This document shows positions 16,557 through 27,283 of a DNA stretch of 44,142 nucleotides, in pieces. Position 1 is the stretch's first letter. The number at the start of each line of letters is the position of its first letter. Both the position numbers and the translations under genes were made by a program. Source of the DNA: Flavobacteriaceae bacterium (lineage in GTDB: Bacteria; Bacteroidota; Bacteroidia; Flavobacteriales; Flavobacteriaceae); the NCBI GenBank assembly GCA_030613745.1, contig JAUWLK010000001.1:1-44142 (forward strand), read 5' to 3'. The notes under the pieces are model-generated. The model saw only the letters and a program-made list of their open reading frames with translations. It made no database searches and was not told the DNA's origin.

Positions 16557-19451
16557 ATGAAAAAAAAGAATTCACTAATTAAACAATATGTATTTGTCTG
16601 CATTTTGTTTATTGCAAGTGTTTCCATGTATAGTCAGAATACTATTACTGGAACGGTAACTTCTAGCGAAGATCAACAACTTTTACCTGGTGTTAATATT
16701 GTAGTAAAAGGCACAGAAATTGGCACGGCCACAGATTTTGATGGTAATTATTCCATCATAGCTTCTAATGGTGATGTGCTTGTATTTAGTTTTATAGGCT
16801 ATAAAAGAGTTGAAAAGCTAGTTGGAGAAGAAACCACAATTAATATTGTTATGGAAGGTGATGCAGAACTATTAGATGATGTTGTGGTTATTGGATATGG
16901 AACTGCCAGAAAATCAGACTTAACAGGGTCTATTTCTTCGGTGTCTTCTAAAGATTTTGAAAGACAACCTATTACTAGGGCAGAAGATGCTTTACAATCA
17001 CGTACCGCTGGGGTAAATGTTTCAAAAAATTCTGGAGCACCCGGGGGAGATATAAAAATACGAATTCGAGGTTCCAACTCAATTACAGGAAGTAATGATC
17101 CTTTGATTGTTATAGATGGAATCATTGGTGGAGATCTTTCTAGTTTAAATGCTGGCGATATTCAAAGTCTTGATGTACTGAAAGATGCTTCTGCTACGGC
17201 TATTTATGGATCTAGAGGAGCAAACGGTGTGGTGATGGTCACCACTAAAAAAGGTAGATCTGGTGAACCTCAAATTAATGTTAACTATTTTAGTTCGATA
17301 TCTAAGGTGTCAGAAAAAATTGATCTTTTATCGCCTTCTCAATTTGTAGAGTTAGCAGGTCCGCCAGCCACCATTGTTAACGGTGGAGCAGATTATCAAG
17401 ATGAGTATTTTGAAAAAGCATTAACTAACAATTTGCAAGTATCTGCAAGTGGAAATGAAGGTAAATTGAATTATTATCTTTCTGGAAACCTTTTAGATCA
17501 AGATGGTATTATATTAAATACAGGCTATAAGCGTTATTCATTACGTAGTAATTTAAATGTCGATTTAAATGACAAGCTTTCTGTAGGGTTAAATATATAT
17601 GGTTCTAAAGAAGATACTCATAATTTAGTAAGAGGTGGCTCTGGAGCTTCGTCTGATACAAGAGGGGGTATTACAAATGTATTGTCTTTTAACCCAGCTG
17701 TGTCAGTTAGAAACCCTGATGGAAGTTATAACTTGGAATCAGAGTTTGGATCTATATTGGTAAATCCAATTGCAGTACAAAATGAAAGAGATGGAAACTT
17801 AGTAGAAGATCGCTTAAATGCCAATCTTAATTTATCTTATGATATATTAGAGAATTTAAACTTTACTATTATAGCAGGTACTTCTTCGGTTCATTTTAAC
17901 GAAGAGATATTTGAAGGTATACCACCAGGATCATCAGTAGATGAGGCTAGAGCAGCATTTAATTCTATTAGATCCACTGATTATCAAGTAAGTAATATTT
18001 TAACATGGAATAAAGATTTTGGAAACACCAAGCTTAAGCTTACTGGAATCTACGAATTGCAATCGTCTACTGCTAAATACGCTGAAATAATGTCGTCAAA
18101 TTATGCACTTTCTGGTTTATCGGAAGCATTTTACCTACTTGAGCTAGGTAAAACACAAGAGATAGGGGCAGATCAAATAAAAAGTTCTATGGATTCTTAT
18201 GTTGCCAGAGCAGAGGTTAATTTTGCAGAAAACCTTCTAGTTACAGGTACAATTCGTGTCGATAAATCTTCAAGGTTTCGCGAAGGAAACCGTACAGGAT
18301 ATTTTCCTTCTGTTTCTGCAGCTTATAATTTAGGGCAATTTATTTCAGATGATTCTTTTTTCGATAATATTAAGGTGAGAGCTGGATATGGAGAAACAGG
18401 AAATCAAAATATTCCTCCTTTTTCTACATTTCAATCTTTACCTACTGGAAACGATTTCTTTTTCAATGGATCATCATTTAACGTTGGGTTAGGGTCTAGT
18501 GCTTTGGTTGATGAAGATCTTACTTGGGAAACTACCACGCAAATTAATGTTGGGGCTGATTTTAGATTGGCTAATGGTCGTGTAAATTTAAGTGTTGATT
18601 GGTTTAAGAAAAACACAACAGATTTATTATTAGATCTACCTGTTCCTCTATATAATGGAGGCGGTGTAATTAGAACCAATGTAGGTGAAGTAGAAAATAC
18701 TGGAATAGATGTAAGTCTTTCTGCAGTTGTGTTTGATACAGAGAATTTTAGATGGGATTCAAACCTAACGATGTCTAGTGTTACCAATGAAGTAATAGAC
18801 TTAGGTGAATTAGACCAAATACTTACAAGTCCAAACGGTATTAAACCAGGAGGCATAGAAGATGCAAGATATTATATTATTGAAGTAGGACAGCCATTAG
18901 GTAATTTTTATGGACACACATATACAGGAGCAGACAGTAATGGAGCTGCAACGTATGAAGCTGAACAGGGTGTTATTGGTAATGGTATACCAGATTTCAC
19001 TTGGGGTTTTAACAACACTTTAATTTATAAAAACTTCGATTTAAATGTTTTGTTAATGGGTGTTCATGGTTATGATGTTCTTAATGCGACTAGAGGTATT
19101 ATTTCGCTTGGTGGCGGAGACGTTACTGTGCCTACTCATGTAGATGCATTGAACCCTGATAGTCCTACTTCAGGAACGAATCATATCAACTCAACCAGAT
19201 ATATAGAGGATGGTAGTTTTATAAGATTAAGTAATTTATCATTAGGCTATACCTTACCGGAAGTTAAAGGCCTTAGATCGTTAAAATTTTATTTAAGTGC
19301 ACAAAATGTATTTACTATTACAGATTATACAGGATACGATCCTGAAGTATCTTCTACAGGAACATCATCTTCAGATTCAACACCTTCTTTAGATTTTGGT
19401 GCATTACCAAATCCAAGAACATTTACATTAGGAGTTAACATTGGTTTTTAA
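16557..19451 (+). CDS. susC: SusC-like TonB-dependent transporter
   Basis: GTATDFDGNY, VLKDASATAIYGSRGANGV, LTWETT and C-terminal PRTFTLGVNIGF. Confidence 0.95.
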   Translation: MKKKNSLIKQYVFVCILFIASVSMYSQNTITGTVTSSEDQQLLPGVNIVVKGTEIGTATDFDGNYSIIASNGDVLVFSFIGYKRVEKLVGEETTINIVMEGDAELLDDVVVIGYGTARKSDLTGSISSVSSKDFERQPITRAEDALQSRTAGVNVSKNSGAPGGDIKIRIRGSNSITGSNDPLIVIDGIIGGDLSSLNAGDIQSLDVLKDASATAIYGSRGANGVVMVTTKKGRSGEPQINVNYFSSISKVSEKIDLLSPSQFVELAGPPATIVNGGADYQDEYFEKALTNNLQVSASGNEGKLNYYLSGNLLDQDGIILNTGYKRYSLRSNLNVDLNDKLSVGLNIYGSKEDTHNLVRGGSGASSDTRGGITNVLSFNPAVSVRNPDGSYNLESEFGSILVNPIAVQNERDGNLVEDRLNANLNLSYDILENLNFTIIAGTSSVHFNEEIFEGIPPGSSVDEARAAFNSIRSTDYQVSNILTWNKDFGNTKLKLTGIYELQSSTAKYAEIMSSNYALSGLSEAFYLLELGKTQEIGADQIKSSMDSYVARAEVNFAENLLVTGTIRVDKSSRFREGNRTGYFPSVSAAYNLGQFISDDSFFDNIKVRAGYGETGNQNIPPFSTFQSLPTGNDFFFNGSSFNVGLGSSALVDEDLTWETTTQINVGADFRLANGRVNLSVDWFKKNTTDLLLDLPVPLYNGGGVIRTNVGEVENTGIDVSLSAVVFDTENFRWDSNLTMSSVTNEVIDLGELDQILTSPNGIKPGGIEDARYYIIEVGQPLGNFYGHTYTGADSNGAATYEAEQGVIGNGIPDFTWGFNNTLIYKNFDLNVLLMGVHGYDVLNATRGIISLGGGDVTVPTHVDALNPDSPTSGTNHINSTRYIEDGSFIRLSNLSLGYTLPEVKGLRSLKFYLSAQNVFTITDYTGYDPEVSSTGTSSSDSTPSLDFGALPNPRTFTLGVNIGF

Positions 19452-19470
19452 TATAAAAAATATATAAATT

Positions 19471-20982
19471 ATGATACTAAAAAAAATAAATATTAAATTT
19501 TGGACTAGATTGTATACGGTTATGCTATCTGTTCTTATAGTTACTTCATGTGCAGACTTAGAAGAAGATCCAGGTGAAGTACAATTAGATCCATCAACAT
19601 TAAGCTCAGATTCAGCTTTAGAAGCGCTTGTTGCAGGAATGTATAGAAAAATTCAAAATGATGCACAATGGTCAGCGTTTTTTATAGCTGGCTATGGCGG
19701 GGATGATTTATCTACACGTTCAACAAGTAATAAAGTAGGTTTTAGAGATTCTGACTGGCGTACACAAACACCAAGCTCAGATCGTTTAGGCAATGCCTAT
19801 GGTGGTTGTTACAAAGCAATTACTATTGCAAACACAGCTATTGATGCCAAAGATAACATACAAGGTGATCAGGAAACTATAGATAGATTGGTTGGTGAAG
19901 CCTATTTTATGCGTGCTTTTTCATACCTGCATTTAACAAGAACTTATGGGAAAGTTCCTCTACAAACTGTGTCAAATTCCAATGAAACATTGCCTAAAGC
20001 ATCTTTTGAAGAAATTTATGCACAGATAGAATCAGATTTACAACAGGCAGAATCTTTACTTCCTGACGTGTATCCAAATATTCCTGCAGTAGGAACAAGA
20101 CCTAATAAAGGATCTGCCAAAGCTTTTTTATCTAGACTATATATGCATTGGGCAGGATATCCACTTAAAGATGCCAGTAAATATACTTTGGCTGCAACAA
20201 AAGCAAAAGAAGTTATAGATGGATCTTATGGGTTTGCTTTAAGTGATGATTTCCGTGGCTTATGGACTGAAGCTGGTAGGTTTGCTCATAGCGAAGGTGT
20301 TTTTACATTGATAGCTTGTACTGAAGGATGTGTTATAGGTAACAGAACTACTGGACGTTTAGGTCAGACTAATTCTGCAGGAGGTTGGAATGAAACCTTT
20401 GGTGAAATTGCATTTTTTGATGATCATAAAGCAGCAGCAACAGCTGATGGTACTATGCAACGTTTTAATGATACTTATATACTTGAAACAATACCTACTA
20501 AAGCAAATACACCTGATTTTATGGATGAGCCACTCATCACGAATAGACATCCTATGTATCGCAAAATTGTGGGTGGGGATTATGCAGAAGAAACATACAC
20601 AACTACCAGGAATGATATTAATCGCTATTTTATGCGTTATGCTGAAGTACTGTTAAATTATGCAGAGGCTTCAGGTAGGTCTGGTAATGTAACCGCTGAT
20701 GCTTGGGCAGCTTTAAATGAAGTTCGAGCGAGAGCTGGAGCAACTGTAGATTTAACGGCAGCAGATGGAACATTAGAAGAATTGGCATTTACAGAACGTA
20801 AATGGGAGTTTGCTGGTGAGTATGAAAGATGGCATGATTTAGTACGTATGGAAAGAGTAGCAGATGCATTGGCAAACAGGTCTGCGTTGGAAGATGTGGA
20901 TGTTTCTCATGCTAAAACACCGTCAACGGATATTACTGGAGAATACTTTTATTTTTCTCCAATACCAGCCAGTCAGAATTAG
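19471..20982 (+). CDS. susD: SusD/RagB glycan-binding lipoprotein (possible frameshift at the extreme C-terminus)
   Basis: Lipobox VTSC, GEAYFMRAFSY, MRYAEVLLNYAEA and ERKWEFAGEYERWHDLVR. Confidence 0.93.
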   Translation: MILKKINIKFWTRLYTVMLSVLIVTSCADLEEDPGEVQLDPSTLSSDSALEALVAGMYRKIQNDAQWSAFFIAGYGGDDLSTRSTSNKVGFRDSDWRTQTPSSDRLGNAYGGCYKAITIANTAIDAKDNIQGDQETIDRLVGEAYFMRAFSYLHLTRTYGKVPLQTVSNSNETLPKASFEEIYAQIESDLQQAESLLPDVYPNIPAVGTRPNKGSAKAFLSRLYMHWAGYPLKDASKYTLAATKAKEVIDGSYGFALSDDFRGLWTEAGRFAHSEGVFTLIACTEGCVIGNRTTGRLGQTNSAGGWNETFGEIAFFDDHKAAATADGTMQRFNDTYILETIPTKANTPDFMDEPLITNRHPMYRKIVGGDYAEETYTTTRNDINRYFMRYAEVLLNYAEASGRSGNVTADAWAALNEVRARAGATVDLTAADGTLEELAFTERKWEFAGEYERWHDLVRMERVADALANRSALEDVDVSHAKTPSTDITGEYFYFSPIPASQN

Positions 20983-21058
20983 ATAATGCACCACAATTAA
21001 ATGATTAAACTTTTTGTAGTATAATTAATAATTATTTGAGAGTTAGTTTTAGTTTTTT

Positions 21059-21092
21059 TAACCCCTTTAATTTGAAGAATTAAAGGGGTTTT
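21059..21092 (+). terminator. Intrinsic terminator after susD
   Basis: aacccctttaatt-tgaag-aattaaaggggtttt. Confidence 0.85.
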
Positions 21093-21121
21093 AATCGCCG
21101 GGCGATAGCCCAACAGGGTTT

Positions 21122-21200
21122 AATTCCCCGAGGCTTGCCTCGAAATAAAAAAAGGAAATTCCTTATTTAATACCTCGTACCCTTGGGTCGAGGTTCTTTA
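21122..21200. repeat. Pair of GC-rich hairpins resembling IS200/IS605-type ends or a REP doublet
   Basis: cgagg-cttg-cctcg (21129-21142) and acctcg-tacccttgggt-cgaggt (21172-21194) in an otherwise AT-rich spacer. Confidence 0.5.
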
Positions 21201-21367
21201 TTATTTAATTTCCATCTTTTATTACACCACTTTTTCCCCCGCATACTCTAAAACATTTTTTATACCAAATATCTATATGATTATTTGGGGGGCTATAAAA
21301 GACTATTTGCCCCCTATTAAATTTCTGTGTTTGACCTAATTTTATTAAATATTAAACTTAATTAAAA

Positions 21368-22312
21368 ATGATTCAAATTAAAAAGTATTTAAAAGCTAAT
21401 CTTAAAGGCACAATAATTATAACCTATATTCTTGTTACATTTACTGCTTTCAGTCAAAACAAGGAAAATACAGTTAGACTTTTTTATTTAGGAGGACAGT
21501 CGAATATGGATGGGTTTGGATATAATAAAGATTTACCAGATTCATTAAATATGCCTTTTAAAGATGTATTTATTTTTCATGGTAACCCTGTAGGAGATGG
21601 TGAGGAAAATGGAGGGCTTGGAAAGTGGGATGTTTTAAAACCTGGACATGGAAGAGGTTTTTCATCCAATAACAATAAAAATAGTCTTGGAGAAAAGTTT
21701 GGGGTAGAATTATCCTTCGCTAAAAGAATGCAAGAAATATATCCAAACGACATAATTGCGATTATAAAATATTCCAAAGGAGGTACCTCAATAGACAGTT
21801 TAGCTGCCAGAGAACATGGTTGTTGGGATCCCGATTTTAAAGAAAAAAAAGGAATTAATCAATACGATCATTTTCTAGCAACAATGAAAAATGCTTTAGG
21901 AGAAAAAGATATAGACAGAAACGGAGAAGATGATTTTCTAATTCCAAGTGGAATAGTTTGGATGCAAGGAGAGAGTGATACACTTACAGAAGAAATTGCT
22001 AAACGTTATCTATCTAATCTTAAAAGATTGATGGATTTAATAAGAGCTAGTCTGCTCACAGATGACTTACCAGTTGTTATTGGAAAAATATCTGATTCGG
22101 GAAATATTGAAGGTGGAAAGGTATTTCCATACGCTGAATTAGTTCAATATGCACAAGAAGAATATGTCAAGACAGATAGTAATGCAGCTATTGTAAGAGA
22201 TACTAAATACTATAAATATTCAGACAGATGGCATTATGATAGTGAAGCTTACATTGACTTGGGGGAGAAATTTGCCGATGCCCTGTATAGATTAAACATA
22301 AAAAACAATTAA
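21368..22312 (+). CDS. SGNH carbohydrate esterase (CE6/SASA sialate O-acetylesterase-like)
   Basis: GGQSNM, WMQGESD and DRWH catalytic motifs, with a signal peptide. Confidence 0.88.
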   Translation: MIQIKKYLKANLKGTIIITYILVTFTAFSQNKENTVRLFYLGGQSNMDGFGYNKDLPDSLNMPFKDVFIFHGNPVGDGEENGGLGKWDVLKPGHGRGFSSNNNKNSLGEKFGVELSFAKRMQEIYPNDIIAIIKYSKGGTSIDSLAAREHGCWDPDFKEKKGINQYDHFLATMKNALGEKDIDRNGEDDFLIPSGIVWMQGESDTLTEEIAKRYLSNLKRLMDLIRASLLTDDLPVVIGKISDSGNIEGGKVFPYAELVQYAQEEYVKTDSNAAIVRDTKYYKYSDRWHYDSEAYIDLGEKFADALYRLNIKNN

Positions 22313-22317
22313 ACACT

Positions 22318-25300
22318 GTGGTTAAGAATATGATAAAGATTCAAATAATAGGTTTTGTTATACTTTTAATGGGGCTTAATTCTTGTCAAGAAGTTAGGCA
22401 AGAAAAACTTTTTACTCAAATTAATTCTGATATTTCAGGAATTGATTTTAAAAATACTATAACTGAAAGTGAAGATTTCCATTATTACCAATATATATAT
22501 TCTTATGATGGAGGTGGTGTGGCCTCTGCGGATTTTAATAATGATGGACTTGTAGATTTGTTTTTTACGGCTAATACTTCCGATAGCAAACTTTACTTAA
22601 ATAAAGGTGATTTTCAATTTGAAGATATTACAGCATTATCCGGTATTAAGATAGCAGACGGTTTTAATACAGGAGTTTCAGTTGTAGATATCAATGCAGA
22701 TGGCTATCTAGATATCTATATTTGTAGAGCAGGTTGGTTTAAAGAAAACTCAAAGTTGGCGAATCTACTTTATATAAATAATGGTAACCTCACCTTTACC
22801 GAAAAAGCAGAGGCTTATGGATTGGCAGAGGAAAACAGAACAATAGCTGCCACTTTTTTTGATTATGATAATGATGGTGATTTGGATGTATATATGGTAA
22901 ACGCTCCTACCATGACAAAAAATTCCAAGAGCATTTTAGATCTGACCGAAATTGCTTCATCAGCAGAAACTATTTCTTTAAAAGGGAGCGATAAACTGTA
23001 TAATAATGACGGATTTGGTCATTTTACAGATGTGTCTAAAGAAGCTGGCATTGTCCCAGACAGAGGCTTTGGTTTGAACCCTCAAGTAGGAGACTTGAAT
23101 AATGATGGCTGGTTGGATATATATGTAAGTAATGATTTTAATATGCCAGATTTTGCGTATATAAATAATGGCGATGGTACATTTTTAGATAGAAAACATG
23201 ACATGTTCAAACATATGTCTTTTTACGGTATGGGAGGTGATATTGCCGATCTTAATAACGATGGTTTCTATGATATGGTTGTATTAGATATGAGTCCTGA
23301 AGATTATGTGAGATCTAAAACCACTATGTCAATGACTTCTATAGGTAAATTCTGGGAAATGGTTGAAAAAGGATACCATTATCAATACATGCATAACGTC
23401 TTACAGATGAATAACGGCAATGGTACTTTTAGTGAAATTGGTAACATGGCAGGGATCGCGAATACCGATTGGAGCTGGTCTCCCCTATTAGCAGATTTTG
23501 ATTTAGACGGTTATAATGATATCTACATAACAAATGGTGTTTACCGAGACGTTATAGATAAAGATACCAATAAAAAAATACTAGACATCATTCGGAAAAA
23601 AGGAAAAAAACCAACTGGTGCGGATTACCTTAAGTACACAAAAATGCTCCCTCAGCAAAAAATGACCAATTATTTTTTTAAAAATAATGGAGACCTCACT
23701 TTTTCAAATACCACTTCAGACTGGGCTATTATTAAACCAACTTTTTCCAATGGAGCAGTTTACACAGATTTAGACAATGATGGCGATTTAGACATTGTAG
23801 TAAATAACATTAATGAGGAAGCTACAATTTTAAAAAATAATGCAATAGAGCTAGGGAAGGGAAATTATTTACAACTTCAATTTTCAGGCTTAGAGAAAAA
23901 TAGAAAAGGAGTAGGAGTAACCGTATCGTTGTTTTTTGAAGATGATACTAAACAAATAAGACAGCTAATCAATTCACGAGGGTACTTATCCTCTGTATCT
24001 CATAAATTACATTTTGGTTTTAGTAAAAATAAGATTATAAAAAAGGTTGATGTTCTATGGCCTGATGGTAAAACTCAGCAATTGGGTAAAGTTCAAAGCA
24101 ATCAATTGCTCACTATAACATATGAGGATGTCGTTCTTCAAGACAAAAAAGAGATTGATAAACATACTATTTTTAAAAAGGCTGCTTTTAACTATTCTCA
24201 TAAGGACAGTGTTTTTGATGATTTTCAAATTCAATTACTTATGCCACATAAACTATCTCAATTGGGGCCTGCAATAGCAAGTGCCGATGTTAATGATGAT
24301 GGTTTTGAGGATCTATATCTTGGCGGGGGTTATTTACAGGAAGGGCAAATTTTGATTGGATCATCTTCTGGCGAATTTAAAAACAAAATTAATGCCGATT
24401 TTATTTCAGATAGCAGACATGAAGATATTGGAGCTGCTTTTTTTGACGCAGATAACGATGGAGATCAAGATTTGTATGTAGTTAGCGGAAGTTATGAATT
24501 TGGTGAGAATAATCAATTTTTAGAAGATAGAATATATCTAAATGATGGCGAGGGAAACTTTACCAAAAGTTATGAACACATACCTCTTTGTGATGAATCT
24601 GGATCTGTTGTGGTACCAGCGGATTATGATAACGATGGTGATATGGATCTTTTTGTTGGGGGTAGAATGGTCCCTGGTAGATACCCAAATGCTCCTATTA
24701 GCTATATTTTAGAAAATGAAAAAGGAAAATTTTCAATTGCAACAAAGCGAGTAGCACCAGCTCTTGAACGTATAGGAATGGTTACTGATGCCAAATGGAA
24801 TGATATTGATAATGATGGGGATTTAGACCTGATTGTAACAGGAGAATGGATGGGGATAGAAGTTTTTATAAACACTGATGGTTTGCTCTCTCAAAATAAA
24901 GAATACAAGTACTTAGCAAACAAAGTAGGCTGGTGGAACAGGTTACTTGTTGAAGATATTGATGGAGATGGAGACAAAGATATTATAGCTGGAAATCTAG
25001 GATTAAATAGCAAATACCATGCTTCAGTAGAAAAACCATTTCATATCTATACAAAAGATTTTGACCTTAACGGTACAGAAGATATTTTTTTAGCAAAGTA
25101 CTATAAAGGCAAACAGGTTCCAGTAAGAGGAAAGGGTTGTACTGCACAGCAAATGCCTTATTTAAAAAAAACTATAAAAACATACCAAGATTTCGCTAGT
25201 AAAGATATTCAAGGTATTTTAGGAGACCAAATAGAGTCGGCCCTGCATTATAAGGCAAATGAGTTTAGGTCGGGTATATTCTTGAATGAAGGCAACGGAA

Positions 25301-25641
25301 AATTTACTTTCAAACCCTTTGCATATGATGTTCAAAAATCTCCTATAAATAGTATTCTATATAGTGATTTTGATAAAGATGGTAATCATGATTTGTTACT
25401 TGCGGGTAATAATTATCAAACCGAAATAGAAACCACGAGGTTAGATGCTGGAACAGGATCATTTTTAAAAGGTGATGGTAAAGGCAATTTTACCTATATA
25501 GCAAATAGAAATACAGGCTTTTTTGCTGATAAGGATGTTCGCAATATGATACAAATTGATAAAGGAGATAATAGAAAAATAATGGTAATCAATAACAATG
25601 ATATGCACCATTTATTTCTTCTTAAAAGTAGTAATAAATAA
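22318..25641 (+). CDS. FG-GAP/VCBS-repeat, ASPIC/UnbV-domain lipoprotein
   Basis: Many DxDxDGxxD repeats (DFNNDGLVD, DYDNDGDLD). Central RGYLSS...LHFG...WPDG segment. The start may be ATG 22330. Confidence 0.88.
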   Translation: MVKNMIKIQIIGFVILLMGLNSCQEVRQEKLFTQINSDISGIDFKNTITESEDFHYYQYIYSYDGGGVASADFNNDGLVDLFFTANTSDSKLYLNKGDFQFEDITALSGIKIADGFNTGVSVVDINADGYLDIYICRAGWFKENSKLANLLYINNGNLTFTEKAEAYGLAEENRTIAATFFDYDNDGDLDVYMVNAPTMTKNSKSILDLTEIASSAETISLKGSDKLYNNDGFGHFTDVSKEAGIVPDRGFGLNPQVGDLNNDGWLDIYVSNDFNMPDFAYINNGDGTFLDRKHDMFKHMSFYGMGGDIADLNNDGFYDMVVLDMSPEDYVRSKTTMSMTSIGKFWEMVEKGYHYQYMHNVLQMNNGNGTFSEIGNMAGIANTDWSWSPLLADFDLDGYNDIYITNGVYRDVIDKDTNKKILDIIRKKGKKPTGADYLKYTKMLPQQKMTNYFFKNNGDLTFSNTTSDWAIIKPTFSNGAVYTDLDNDGDLDIVVNNINEEATILKNNAIELGKGNYLQLQFSGLEKNRKGVGVTVSLFFEDDTKQIRQLINSRGYLSSVSHKLHFGFSKNKIIKKVDVLWPDGKTQQLGKVQSNQLLTITYEDVVLQDKKEIDKHTIFKKAAFNYSHKDSVFDDFQIQLLMPHKLSQLGPAIASADVNDDGFEDLYLGGGYLQEGQILIGSSSGEFKNKINADFISDSRHEDIGAAFFDADNDGDQDLYVVSGSYEFGENNQFLEDRIYLNDGEGNFTKSYEHIPLCDESGSVVVPADYDNDGDMDLFVGGRMVPGRYPNAPISYILENEKGKFSIATKRVAPALERIGMVTDAKWNDIDNDGDLDLIVTGEWMGIEVFINTDGLLSQNKEYKYLANKVGWWNRLLVEDIDGDGDKDIIAGNLGLNSKYHASVEKPFHIYTKDFDLNGTEDIFLAKYYKGKQVPVRGKGCTAQQMPYLKKTIKTYQDFASKDIQGILGDQIESALHYKANEFRSGIFLNEGNGKFTFKPFAYDVQKSPINSILYSDFDKDGNHDLLLAGNNYQTEIETTRLDAGTGSFLKGDGKGNFTYIANRNTGFFADKDVRNMIQIDKGDNRKIMVINNNDMHHLFLLKSSNK

Positions 25642-25684
25642 ACTCTAGATGAATTTATATTAATCAAAAAATTGACTTAAAAAT

Positions 25685-27193
25685 ATGAGTAAAAGCAGCC
25701 TTTGTCTAATTGTTTGGAATCTTATTAAAATAAAGATGATTATGTTTAAATATTGTACCTACATATTAAGTTTAATGCTTATAACAAGTATTAGTACAGG
25801 ATGTACTTCTAAGAAACCACATAGCAAACCCAATATCTTATTTATTATCGTTGATGATCTAAGACCAGAATTGGGTTGTTATGGAGTAAATCAAGTAATA
25901 TCACCTGAAATAGATAAGTTCGCAAGTGAAAGTGTTATGTTTGAAAGAGCGTATGCACAAATCCCCATATGTATGCCATCTCGTGTAAGTTTGCTTACAG
26001 GAGTTCATCCAATATCCAAATCATTTGATGCTGATTTAAAAAGAGGCGATAAAGATTTTCCTAACCTAGAAACTTTGCCAGAATACCTAAAGAAGAAAGG
26101 TTATTATACTATTTCGAACGGTAAAGTATTTCATACTAAGGAAGATTCAGATTTAAAAAGTTGGAGTGAACCTGCATGGCGACCAGAGACAAAACCTGTG
26201 AATAATTTTTTAGACGAAGACTCTAAAAATAAATACCAAAGATATAGTAGTTATACCTATATAGATAAAAGTACACAAGAAGTAAAAAAAGTTGAAGGCT
26301 ACAGAGGCCCATTTGTAGAATCTCCAGATGTTCCAGACAATGCCTATGTAGATGGAATGATTTTAGAGAAGTCAATACAGGATTTAAAGAAATTGAGCCA
26401 GAAAAATGCTCCTTTCTTTTTAGCTGTAGGATTTAATAAGCCACACCTTCCGTTTTATGCTCCCAAAAAATACTGGGATATGTATAATCCTGATTCAATA
26501 CGTACCGCCGACAATAGATATTTCCCTATAAATGCTCCAGAACAATTAAAACCATCAGAAGAATTAAAAAACTTATATCATCATAAGAATATTGAATATA
26601 ATAGTGATGAGTTTCATAAAACGGCATTGCATGGTTATTATGCTTGTATAAGTTATATAGATAAACTGGTAGGCGATTTATTAAATGAAGTCAAAGAATT
26701 AGGCTTAGAGGAAAACACAATTGTTGTTTTATTAGGCGATCATGGATTTCATTTGGGAGAGCATAATATGTGGGGGAAGCATAATACATTAAATAATGCT
26801 TTGATAACCCCGTTAATGTTTAAAATACCAGGTACAAAAGCTTCAAAAGACACTAAACTGTCAGGCTTGATAGATATTTATCCAACAATATGCAACCTTG
26901 TAGGTATAGCAGTACCAGAACATGTTCATGGAAGAAATTTATTTTCAGAACTTTCAGATAACGAAATTCCTGATGCTGTGTTTTTTTTATGGAATGGCCA
27001 AGAGGCAGTAAAAACAAATCAATATTTGTATTCTGAATGGAAAGATAAAGAAGGTGAAATTATTGGACAAATGTTATTCGACCACTTTAAAGACCCGAAT
27101 GAAAACAATAATATAGCTTACCGTGAAGAATATAAAACAATTGTAGAGAGATTGAGCAATCTTTTAAAAAAGAAGAAAAACAATTTGAAGTAA
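25685..27193 (+). CDS. S1 sulfatase, iduronate-2-sulfatase-like
   Basis: PNILFIIVDDLRP, CMPSRVSLLTG (CxPxR), GKVFH, KPHLPF and DHGFHLGEH. Likely start ATG 25742. Confidence 0.92.
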   Translation: MSKSSLCLIVWNLIKIKMIMFKYCTYILSLMLITSISTGCTSKKPHSKPNILFIIVDDLRPELGCYGVNQVISPEIDKFASESVMFERAYAQIPICMPSRVSLLTGVHPISKSFDADLKRGDKDFPNLETLPEYLKKKGYYTISNGKVFHTKEDSDLKSWSEPAWRPETKPVNNFLDEDSKNKYQRYSSYTYIDKSTQEVKKVEGYRGPFVESPDVPDNAYVDGMILEKSIQDLKKLSQKNAPFFLAVGFNKPHLPFYAPKKYWDMYNPDSIRTADNRYFPINAPEQLKPSEELKNLYHHKNIEYNSDEFHKTALHGYYACISYIDKLVGDLLNEVKELGLEENTIVVLLGDHGFHLGEHNMWGKHNTLNNALITPLMFKIPGTKASKDTKLSGLIDIYPTICNLVGIAVPEHVHGRNLFSELSDNEIPDAVFFLWNGQEAVKTNQYLYSEWKDKEGEIIGQMLFDHFKDPNENNNIAYREEYKTIVERLSNLLKKKKNNLK

Positions 27194-27283
27194 AGTATTT
27201 CAAATGGTAAATAAGAGTATTTAAAATTATTTTTTTAATGCTTTTTATGTGAAATTAGAAATAAAAAATGAATAAATTAAAGA

